This document shows positions 17,583 through 25,230 of a DNA stretch of 32,000 nt, in pieces. Position 1 is the first letter of the stretch. Each line of letters begins with the position of its first letter. Location: the NCBI GenBank assembly GCA_050010035.1, contig JBEKLU010000057.1, positions 1 to 32,000 of the forward strand, in the 5' to 3' direction. The stretch comes from Roseiarcus sp. GTDB lineage: Bacteria; Pseudomonadota; Alphaproteobacteria; Rhizobiales; Beijerinckiaceae. Both the position numbers and the translations under genes were made by a program. The notes beneath the pieces are model-generated. The model made no database searches and had not been told where the DNA came from. It saw only the letters and a list, made by a program, of their open reading frames with translations.

Positions 17583-19538
17583 TCAAGGGGCAAGCGTCCG
17601 CCCGACCCGGAAGCCCAAGTCGTTGATCCGGTGGTCGGAGGTGAACGTGTAGCGGTTGGCCGCGCGGAGGCCCCGCGGATCGTTGCTCCAAGAACCGCCG
17701 CGAACGACACGGCCACTGCAATCGCCGGTTGTCCACGCCGAGCCGTCGCTGGGCGCTCCGCTGTAATCGCCATGAAAGCAATCCTGAACCCATTGCCAGA
17801 CGTTCCCCGCCATGTCGTAGAGCCCGAACGCGTTCGGCTTGAACGAGCCGACCGGCGACGTCCCTTTGTTGTCCCACTGGCTGCCGCAGCCATCGCAATT
17901 GGCGTTGCCTTTGCCGATCTCGTCGCCCCAATAATAGGTCGTCGTCGCGCCGGCGCGCGCCGCATATTCCCATTCGGCCTCGGTAAGCGGTCGATAGGGC
18001 TCGCCGGTCTTGCCGGACAGCCACTTGGCGTAGGCTTGCGCATCGTTCGAGTTCACGCAAATCACCGGGTGCGACCCAGTTTGCTCGAATCCCGGAGCGC
18101 GCCAGGAGCGGTTCGATAGCAATTCCAAAGACCCGCCGTTCCAGGCGTAACACGCCGATCCGGCGTCGTAGCGCGTGGCCGCGACGAACGCCTTGAACTC
18201 GTCGACCGTCACCGTAAACTCGCCGACCGCGAACGGCTTTGCGATCGTCACCTCATGCTGCGGAACCTCGAAGTCGGAGAGGCCCGGCTCGCTCGCGGGC
18301 GAGCCCATGGTGAACGAGCCCGCCGGCAGCACGACCATCGCCGGACAATCCGCGCATTCGCGGAAGACGTCTTTCGGCTTCAGCCCGCATTGCTCCGCCG
18401 CCGACAAGACGCCAGGCGCTCGCGACGAGAGCGGCGCCAGGGGGGCGCGGGAACCGTCGCAAGCCCCCGAGTTAGCGGGCGACGCGACGGCCGTCGGGGT
18501 CTGCGTCGGAGCCGTCGCGAGCCCGGACGGGGCCCGTATTGCGATCACGCCGAGAATCGCCGCGACGACACCGACCAGCGTGACGACTGCGACAATCACG
18601 CCCGACCACCGTTGCGGGCCGCGCGGCGCCGAGCTGATCAACGGCAATTCGCCATTTGCGCGTGCCGGCGCAGCCTCTGGCGCGGACGCTTGCGAGGCAG
18701 CCGGCTCTTCGCGCGCGGGCGGGGCGGCGCTTGGCGCTCGGCGCTCGGCGGCCGGCGAAAGCGGCGCCGGGCGAAGCACCGGCAATTCCACGCTTGGCGT
18801 CGCCGGCGCAGCCTCGCGCGGGATCGCTCGCACCTCCGCCGCCGGGGCTGGCGAAGCCGCCGGTTCCTCGGGTGCGGCCGCGCCCGCGACGGGTGCCGGC
18901 GGTTGGGGGGCCGGCCGCAGCGGCTTCGGCGGCGGCGCAATTTCCGGCGCGACGGGCGGCGTTTCCTCGATCCTTTCTGCCTCAGTCGCTCTCGGCGCCT
19001 CATGCAACGCCGCACGTTCGGGCGCCGCCGCCACCGGCCGCCGCAGCGCCTTCAAAACGTCGCCCGCCAGTTCGCCTGCCCAGCGCCGCACCTCCTGCGA
19101 CTTCGGGTCGGCGTAAAACAGCGGGCGGAAGTCGATCCATTGCGAGCGTTTCAGCGCCGCGAGATCGTCGCCGAACAGCGTCTCCTCGGGGCGGACGTCG
19201 GCGACGTCGACGTAATGCACCGGGAAAATCAGGTCGCCGCGGCCGAGAGCCTGCATCCGCCGCCGAAACGACAGGAATTCCTCGCGGCAATAGCGGCTCT
19301 TGAGGAAGCGCGGGGTGACGATCGGGATGAAGAACGTCGTTTGCCCGATGGTGCGCTCGATCGCCTCCGCCCAATCCGCGCCGTAGGGGATGGCGGCGAT
19401 GTCCTGCCACAGCGTGACCTCGGCGCCGAATTGCAAGCCGATCTGCTTGCCGACGATCGCGCGCAGTTGGCTCAACTGCCCGTCGCTGTGCGCGTCGTCC
19501 TGACGCGCGTAGCTCCAGAACCCGACCGGATCGAGCAT
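17583..19538 (-). CDS. TIR domain - Pro/Ala-rich linker - single TM - periplasmic FGE/SUMF1-fold (non-catalytic) domain protein (paralog 2, intact)
   Basis: 651 aa from the ATG at 19538 (the track ORF extends to 19640). The TIR has [29 protein letters not shown] (SxxCxxE catalytic-Glu motif) and WIDFRPLF. About 170 aa of P/A/E-rich low complexity follows, then the TM segment WSGVIVAVVTLVGVVAAILGVIAI. The FGE fold has [52 protein letters not shown] and VVRGGSWSNDPRGLRAANRY. There is no N-terminal signal peptide. Confidence 0.85.
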   Translation of the reverse strand: MLDPVGFWSYARQDDAHSDGQLSQLRAIVGKQIGLQFGAEVTLWQDIAAIPYGADWAEAIERTIGQTTFFIPIVTPRFLKSRYCREEFLSFRRRMQALGRGDLIFPVHYVDVADVRPEETLFGDDLAALKRSQWIDFRPLFYADPKSQEVRRWAGELAGDVLKALRRPVAAAPERAALHEAPRATEAERIEETPPVAPEIAPPPKPLRPAPQPPAPVAGAAAPEEPAASPAPAAEVRAIPREAAPATPSVELPVLRPAPLSPAAERRAPSAAPPAREEPAASQASAPEAAPARANGELPLISSAPRGPQRWSGVIVAVVTLVGVVAAILGVIAIRAPSGLATAPTQTPTAVASPANSGACDGSRAPLAPLSSRAPGVLSAAEQCGLKPKDVFRECADCPAMVVLPAGSFTMGSPASEPGLSDFEVPQHEVTIAKPFAVGEFTVTVDEFKAFVAATRYDAGSACYAWNGGSLELLSNRSWRAPGFEQTGSHPVICVNSNDAQAYAKWLSGKTGEPYRPLTEAEWEYAARAGATTTYYWGDEIGKGNANCDGCGSQWDNKGTSPVGSFKPNAFGLYDMAGNVWQWVQDCFHGDYSGAPSDGSAWTTGDCSGRVVRGGSWSNDPRGLRAANRYTFTSDHRINDLGFRVGRTLAP

Positions 19539-19788
19539 CGCCAACGCCCCCGACTGGCGGCCCCCGGCGCGGCGCGAGCCGCCCTCCGCAACCCGATCGA
19601 TCGCCGCCGACACGATGCCCCGATCCCACGCGGCGGACAAGGCGATTTCGCGCCGGGGCGGGAAGTTCTTTGGCGCGAGACGCCGGCGCGGCAGGCGTCG
19701 AGCCGCCGCGCCGGGTCGTCATGCCGGCGAGCGCGGGCATCCAGAGTCCGGCCGCCGGCGGCGGCCACTCGTTCTGGATCTCCGCTTT

Positions 19789-19965
19789 CGCGCTACGGTG
19801 TGCACACATCTTAGCGCCGCTTGTGGCCAATCCCCAGGCCCCTCACCCTACCTCTCCCCGCTTGGCGGGGAGAGGGGCGCGGCGGCGCCGTTCTTCCCCT
19901 CTCCCCGCTTGCGGGGAGAGGTAGGGGCTGGGGGAGTTTCCGCGCCGCGGCCGAGTTGTGTGCAT
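19789..19965. repeat. MITE-like element (177 bp) with about 19-bp terminal inverted repeats and internal GC hairpins
   Basis: The terminal inverted repeats are GCGCTACGGTGTGCACACA (19789-19807) and TGTGTGCATTTCGTAGCGC (19947-19965), matching 16/19 when reverse-complemented. The internal hairpins are CCTCTCCCCGCTTGGCGGGGAGAGG and CCCTCTCCCCGCTTGCGGGGAGAGG. The termini are of the same type as the element at 11533-11880. Confidence 0.75.
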
Positions 19966-20181
19966 TTCGTAGCGCTTTCGCCGGGACGACCGATTTCTTT
20001 GCCCGGCCGTCCTCGAAAGCGCGCAACATTTTCTTCTAGAAAATCTGAAACTGCGCTACGCTATTCACTGGAATTCAGAATGGCGCCGATCGCGCCGGGT
20101 CGGGCCGCCGAACGCCGTAGCGAACGGAAAAACGCAAAACCGGGCTTTCCGCCCGCAATCCATTGATATCAAACGAAACCG

Positions 20182-20272
20182 CCAAGGAAAAAGTTTGGAA
20201 ATCCTTGGATTTTCCTTGGATTTTCCTTGGAAAAGTTTGCAAAAGACTTGGAATTATTTGGAAATCCTTGCC
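20182..20272. repeat. AT-rich array of short direct/inverted repeats (TTTGGAAATCCTTG x2, ATTTTCCTTGG x2, GGAAAA(A)GTTTG x2) upstream of pirin
   Basis: Read directly: CCAAGGAAAAAGTTTGGAAATCCTTGGATTTTCCTTGGATTTTCCTTGGAAAAGTTTGCAAAAGACTTGGAATTATTTGGAAATCCTTGCC. It lies 130-220 nt upstream of the pirin ATG and contrasts strongly with the GC-rich surroundings. Confidence 0.7.
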
Positions 20273-20402
20273 GTGGCGAGCGCTCGTCCGCCGCGCCGCG
20301 CCGAAGCGCCGCCACGATTGCGCAATTGCAAGCCCGCCCTCTGGACCTTCGGCGCCCTCGCCCCCAAATACGGCCTCTTTCCCACACGACGAGTTCGCCG
20401 CC

Positions 20403-21305
20403 ATGTCCATCCGCCCGATCAAGCGCATCAGCCAATCGAAGCCGACCCTGGAGGGCGCAGGCGTCAGGCTGCGACGCGCCTTCGGCTTCGGCGACACCTC
20501 CGATTTCGATCCGTTCCTGATGATGGACGATTTTCGCGGCGACACGCCCAGCGACTACATGGCCGGCTTTCCCTGGCATCCCCATCGTGGCATCGAGACG
20601 ATCACCTACGTGCTCGCCGGCTCGGTGGCGCACGGCGACAGCCTCGGCAACGCCGGCGTGCTCGGCGCCGGCGACGTGCAGTGGATGACGGCGGGCAGCG
20701 GCATCCTGCATCAGGAAATGCCGACGGGCGACCCACAAGGCCGCATGCACGGCTTTCAGCTCTGGGCCAACCTGCCCTCGCGGCTGAAGATGACGGCGCC
20801 GCGCTATCAGAACGTGACGAGCCACGACATTCCCGAAGTCGTCGACGACGACGGGACGCGCGTGCGCGTGATCTGCGGCGAGTTCTGGGGCAAGGCGGAC
20901 CCGGTCGACGACGTCGCCGCCGAGCCGCGCTATCTCGACGTCTTCGTTCCCGCGGGCAAGCGCAAGAGGTTGCCGGTCGAGACCTACCGCCAGGCCTTCG
21001 CCTATATCTTCGAGGGCTCGGGTTCGTTCGACGGCGCCTCGAAACCCTTCGGCGCGCTCAGCGAAAGCCTGGTCGGCGGCGAGGAAATCCTGGTGCGCGA
21101 TAAAGTCGGCAATCGCTCGCTGGTGGTGTTCGACTCGGGCGACGAAGTGAGCGTCCAGGCGGGCGAGGAGGGCATCCGCTTCCTCCTCGTCTCCGGACGG
21201 CCGTTGCGCGAGCCGATCGCCTGGCACGGCCCGATCGTCATGAACACCCAGGCCGAAATCCTGAAAGCGCTGATGGACCTGCGCGACGGCACGTTCATCA
21301 AGTAG
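20403..21305 (+). CDS. pirin family protein
   Basis: 300 aa from the ATG at 20403 within track ORF 20163..21305: MSIRPIKRISQSKPTLEGAGVRLRRAFGF...GFPWHPHRGIETITYVL...GDVQWMTAGSGILHQEMP. This is the cupin metal-site pattern of pirins. Confidence 0.9.
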   Translation: MSIRPIKRISQSKPTLEGAGVRLRRAFGFGDTSDFDPFLMMDDFRGDTPSDYMAGFPWHPHRGIETITYVLAGSVAHGDSLGNAGVLGAGDVQWMTAGSGILHQEMPTGDPQGRMHGFQLWANLPSRLKMTAPRYQNVTSHDIPEVVDDDGTRVRVICGEFWGKADPVDDVAAEPRYLDVFVPAGKRKRLPVETYRQAFAYIFEGSGSFDGASKPFGALSESLVGGEEILVRDKVGNRSLVVFDSGDEVSVQAGEEGIRFLLVSGRPLREPIAWHGPIVMNTQAEILKALMDLRDGTFIK

Positions 21306-21319
21306 CGCGCCCGGCGCGG

Positions 21320-22529
21320 TCACCGTTCTCCGACTTCGGCGGGCTCGCCCGACGCCGCGCGGCTCCGCCCGGGCGCCGGCCGGCGCATGGCGAGCGCCAC
21401 CGCCAGCCAAACGAGCGTGCAGCGCGATGGCGAAGGCGAAGACGCCGGTCGCGCCGCCCGCCGCCAGCATCCAGCCGCCGCCGGCGCCGCCGACGAAAAT
21501 GCCGAGGAACTGCGACGTCGAGTAGACGCCGGTCGCCGCGCCCTTGGCGTCGGCGGGAGCGAACTTGGTGACGAGCGAAGGCAGCATCGCCTCCATGGCG
21601 TTGAAGGCGGTGAAGAACGCGGTCAGCGCGGCCGTCGCCGCGACGGCGCTGGCGCGGAACGCCGCGAGAGCCGTCAGGCTCGCCGCGATCACTGCGATGG
21701 CGGCGACGAACACTTCCTTCATGCGTCCGCGCGTTTCGGCGACGATGATCGCGGGGACCATTAGCGCCATCGCGGCGACCATCACCGGCAAATAGAATTT
21801 CCATTGGTCCGCGTCGGTCATGTCGAGCGCCCCCGACAGGACGCGGGCAATGACCAGAAAGCTGGCGGTGAGGACGGCGTGCAGCGTGAAGATGGCGAAA
21901 TCGAGCCGCAGCAGCTCGCCGTCGCGCAGCACCCTGACAAAGCTCGACGATGCGGTCCCGCGCGCCACCGTCCGGGCGGGCGTCGGGACCAGGCCGAGGG
22001 TGACGGCGATCCCGGCGAAGGCGAGCCCGGCGGTGAACCAGAAGATGCCCGACAGCCCCACCGCGGCGGCGAGCGGCGGACCGATGAGGACCGCCAGGCC
22101 GAAGGACATGCCGATCGTGATCCCGACCACGGCCATCGCGCGCGTGCGCACTTCGTCGCGCGTGAGGTCCGCCACCATCGCCAGGACGGATGAGCCGATC
22201 GCGCCGGCGCCCTGCAGGACGCGCCCCAGCAGCACGCCCTCGATCGAGGTCGCGAGCGCGGCCACGACGCTGCCGAGAGCGAATAGCGCCAGGCCCGCCG
22301 AAATCACTCGCTTGCGTCCGAAGCGATCGGAGAGAAGTCCGAGCGGGATCTGAAGGAGGCCCTGAGCCAAGCCGTAGGCGCCGAGCGCCAGACCGATCAT
22401 CTGCGGGGTCGCGCCAGGGAGGCCCTGCGCAAGCTGCGCGAACACCGGGTAGATCATGAACAGCCCGAGCAGCCGCGTGGCGAACACGGCCGCCAGGCAG
22501 ATCGCGGCGCGAAGCTCGGTCTTGTTCAT
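21320..22529 (-). CDS. MFS transporter (YajR-like), with an apparent 1-nt frameshift near the 3' end
   Basis: The start is the ATG at 22529 (MNKTELRAAICLAAVFATRLLGLFMIYP...GLLSDRFGRKRVI...). The main frame has no stop until 20169, running antisense through pirin. After about 21410-21420 the +1 frame reads (C)TLVWLAVALAMRRPAPGRSRAASGEPAEVGER and stops at TGA (21320-21322). That reading gives the expected last TM helix and C-terminal tail. Confidence 0.7.
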
Positions 22530-22758
22530 CGGCGGTTCCGCTCGTCGCTCTGCCGGATCGTCCGCCGGCGGCGACGGGCGCCGGACGAGGCGCCACCCCA
22601 TATCAATATCCCGGCGCGCGTCCTAGAGCGTTTCGTCGCCCGAGGCGAACAGGCTACGGCGGCGGTGCCGGGCCTGGCGTTGTCATGCCGTCGGCGGCCG
22701 GCCTAAGATTGGGCGTTTCGCGCGAGGTTTCAGGCGGCGGCCGTCGGCGCGGACGGCC

Positions 22759-23715
22759 ATGAAGGGGCAGACGAGCATGCGCTTCCTCGTTGTCGGCGCC
22801 GGCGCGATCGGCGGCTACTTCGGCGGCCGGCTGCTCGAGGCCGGCCGCGACGTCACCTTCCTCGTGCGCCCGCGGCGCGCGGCTGAGCTCGCCGGCGCCG
22901 GGCTGACGATCCGCAGCCGCTTCGGCGACGCGGCGCTGCCAGCGCCGCCGCGCCTGCTCGCGAGCGAACTGAACGAGCCGTTCGACGTCGTCGTGTTGAG
23001 CTGCAAGGCCTACGATCTCGAAGGCGCGATGGACTCGTTCGCCCCGGCGGTCGGCCCAGGCACGGCGATCGTGCCGCTGCTCAACGGCATGCGCCACATC
23101 GAGGCGCTCGACGCGCGCTTTGGCCGCGACCGGGTGCTAGGCGGATGGTGCACGATCTCGACCACCCTCGACGCGCAGGGCCGGGTCATCCACCTCAACG
23201 ACATCCATACGCTGCGGTTCGGCGAGCGGGACGGCGCCCGCTCCGCCCGCGCCGAGGCGATCGCGGCCGCCTTCGCCGGCGCCAAGTTCGACGGGGCGCT
23301 CAGCGAGGCGATCGTGCAGGAGATGTGGGAGAAGTGGGCGTTCATCGCGACGGCCGCCGGGATCACCTGCCTGATGCGCGCCACGATCGGCGATATCGCA
23401 GCGGCGGGCGCGGCGGATTTGGCCGACGCGCTCGTCGACGAGTGCGCCGGCGTCGCAGCGCTCCAGGGGTTCGCGCCCCGCCCCGAGTTCCTCGAGCGGA
23501 TCCGAGCGATGTTGACCGCGCTCGGCTCGCCGCTCGCCGCCTCGATGCTGCGCGACATCGAACGCGGCGCCCCCACCGAGGGCGACCATATCCTCGGCGA
23601 CCTCATGCGTCGGGCCGGGCTCGCGGGCGCCGATCGCGCGCCCCTGCTGCGCATCGCCTGCGCGCACCTCGGCGCCTACGAGGCGCGTCGCGCGCGAGAG
23701 AATGCGGCGCCGTAG
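22759..23715 (+). CDS. 2-dehydropantoate 2-reductase (PanE/ApbA family) or related oxidoreductase
   Basis: MRFLVVGAGAIGGYFGGRLLEAGRDVTFLVR Rossmann motif. An alternative start is the ATG at 22777. Confidence 0.8.
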   Translation: MKGQTSMRFLVVGAGAIGGYFGGRLLEAGRDVTFLVRPRRAAELAGAGLTIRSRFGDAALPAPPRLLASELNEPFDVVVLSCKAYDLEGAMDSFAPAVGPGTAIVPLLNGMRHIEALDARFGRDRVLGGWCTISTTLDAQGRVIHLNDIHTLRFGERDGARSARAEAIAAAFAGAKFDGALSEAIVQEMWEKWAFIATAAGITCLMRATIGDIAAAGAADLADALVDECAGVAALQGFAPRPEFLERIRAMLTALGSPLAASMLRDIERGAPTEGDHILGDLMRRAGLAGADRAPLLRIACAHLGAYEARRARENAAP

Positions 23716-23813
23716 GCCGGCGCGCCGATCGCCGAGCTGTCGCGCCGCGCTCGGCCCCGTTATAGTCGCGGCGCGACCGTCCGCGACGGACGCAAATTTC
23801 CCAGGAGACCGAG

Positions 23814-24200
23814 ATGATTGTTGCGAGCGGCGCCGCGGGCGCGACGAAGACGATCGTGTCCGCCGGAGAGCGCAGAATCGACGCCGACACGACGCCGCCC
23901 ACCGGCCGAGGCGACGGCGTGCGCCCGCACCAACTCCTCGAGGCGGCGGTCGCCAGTTGCATAGCCATCACGTTGCGGATGATCGCCGACGAACGCGGCC
24001 TGGCGCTCGAGTCGGCCGACGCGACGGTGGAGGTCGATCGCTCGGCCGGCGACGAGACGATGTTCCGCTCGACGATCGATCTGAAAGGCGCGCTCTCGGA
24101 CGCCGAGCGAAGCCTGCTGTTGAAAGCGATCCGGCTGTGCCCGGCGCCCAAGACGCTGTCGAAGCGCATCGCGTTCGTCGAAGCCGGAGCGGGCCGATGA
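23814..24200 (+). CDS. OsmC/Ohr family protein
   Basis: 128 aa with an AGGAGA RBS, two spaced Cys motifs (PHQLLEAAVASCIAITL and AIRLCPAPKTL), and a size typical of OsmC-like proteins. Confidence 0.7.
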   Translation: MIVASGAAGATKTIVSAGERRIDADTTPPTGRGDGVRPHQLLEAAVASCIAITLRMIADERGLALESADATVEVDRSAGDETMFRSTIDLKGALSDAERSLLLKAIRLCPAPKTLSKRIAFVEAGAGR

Positions 24201-24664
24201 GCGCGCTCATTCAACTGCGCCCCGTCGGCCACGTGCGCGGCGGCCGGGCGCAGCCGATCGACGACGCCTGGGATCGCGTCGTCGCCTCGATCGAATTGGC
24301 CCCGGAATTCGGCCCGGAGTCCCTCGCCGGGCTCGACGGCTTCTCCCACGTCGAGGTCGTCTTTCTCTTCCATCTCGTCGCCGACAGCGCGATCGTCACA
24401 TCGGCGCGACATCCGCGCGGGCGCGCCGATTGGCCGAAGGTCGGCATATTCGCCCAGCGCGGCAAGGACCGCCCCAACCGGATCGGCGTCACTATCTGCA
24501 AGCTGCTCGCGGTGCGCGGCGCGACGATCCAGGTCAGCGGCCTCGACGCCGTCGACGGCACGCCGGTCATCGACATCAAGCCCTGCATGCGCGGCTTCCT
24601 GCCGCGAGAGGAAGTCGTCGAGCCCGCCTGGGCGTCCGAACTGATGGAAAGCTATTGGCGATAA
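24197..24664 (+). CDS. TsaA/YaeB (TrmO-type) family SAM-dependent methyltransferase domain protein
   Basis: 155 aa: MSALIQLRPVGHVRGG...LDGFSHVEVVFLFH...GIFAQRGKDRPNRIGVTICKLLAVRGATIQVSGLDAVDGTPVIDIKP. ATGA start/stop overlap with the OsmC gene. Confidence 0.8.
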   Translation: MSALIQLRPVGHVRGGRAQPIDDAWDRVVASIELAPEFGPESLAGLDGFSHVEVVFLFHLVADSAIVTSARHPRGRADWPKVGIFAQRGKDRPNRIGVTICKLLAVRGATIQVSGLDAVDGTPVIDIKPCMRGFLPREEVVEPAWASELMESYWR

Positions 24665-24789
24665 GCGCGGGCGCGAGGCGCCGAAGCGGCGCAATGGCCC
24701 GGGTTGGAGCGCGTAGCGCGGATGTGCGAAACTCTTCGCGTCGGGCCGTGCTGAAACGGTCTCGAATCGCTCGAGCGAGGAGAACAGGG

Positions 24790-25230
24790 ATGGGACGTTT
24801 TCGCATGCCGATCGGCCGCGCGCCGCGCTTCGCCGCGCTCGCCGCCTGCGTCATGGCCGTCGGCGGCCTCTCGGCGGCGACCGCCGCGCCGGCCTGCACG
24901 CCCGGGGCGGAGGCGTGCCCGGTCGTCCTGAAGATGGCGCCGGGCGCGACGTCGATCCGCGCCAGCGGCTCGGTTTCCGGCGAGCGCCCGGACTACTACT
25001 TCACGTTCGAGGCCAGAGCCGGGCAGACGCTGACGATCCATATCGTCGGCGGGAATATCAAGAGCGGGCCCGGCATCCCCATCACGTTCCCGAATGGGGG
25101 CGGCGGCGGGGTCGACGTGGATACGCCCTTCGCTTTGCCGGCGACCGGCGCCTACGTGATCCTCCTCCACGCCAACACCATGTCCGAGGGTCCGTTCGGC
25201 CGGTTCGAGCTGACGCTGCAAGTCAAGTGA
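24790..25230 (+). CDS. secreted small beta-rich protein, PliG-like (candidate periplasmic g-type lysozyme inhibitor)
   Basis: 146 aa with a GAGGAG RBS and the signal peptide MGRFRMPIGRAPRFAALAACVMAVGGLSAATAAPA. The mature part (GATSIRASGSVSGERPDYYFTFEARAGQTLTIHIVGG...FALPATGAYVILLH...FELTLQVK) follows the pattern I recall for E. coli PliG/YcgK. The family assignment rests on memory only. Confidence 0.5.
   Translation: MGRFRMPIGRAPRFAALAACVMAVGGLSAATAAPACTPGAEACPVVLKMAPGATSIRASGSVSGERPDYYFTFEARAGQTLTIHIVGGNIKSGPGIPITFPNGGGGGVDVDTPFALPATGAYVILLHANTMSEGPFGRFELTLQVK

Noticed and set aside
19840-19935. CRISPR-like appearance of repeated GC-rich hairpins
   Set aside because: There are only two or three degenerate copies in mixed orientation. 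There are no regular repeat-spacer periodicity, no leader and no cas genes.
20194-20272. Possible sigma-54 (-24/-12) promoters at TGGAAATCCTTGC and TGGAAAAGTTTGC
   Set aside because: The GG-to-GC spacing is two bases shorter than the TGGCACG-N4-TTGC consensus in both cases.
20169-21319. C-terminal ~380 aa of the 810-aa minus-strand ORF overlapping pirin
   Set aside because: It is antisense to a well-supported pirin gene. The extension arises because the MFS frame loses its stop; the +1 frame gives the expected MFS terminus at 21320.
24790-25230. Upstream gene as the toxin partner of the XRE antitoxin-like gene
   Set aside because: The product has a clear N-terminal signal peptide and a beta-rich secreted-protein pattern. 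It is not a RelE/HigB-type fold, so I treat it as a non-TA pairing.
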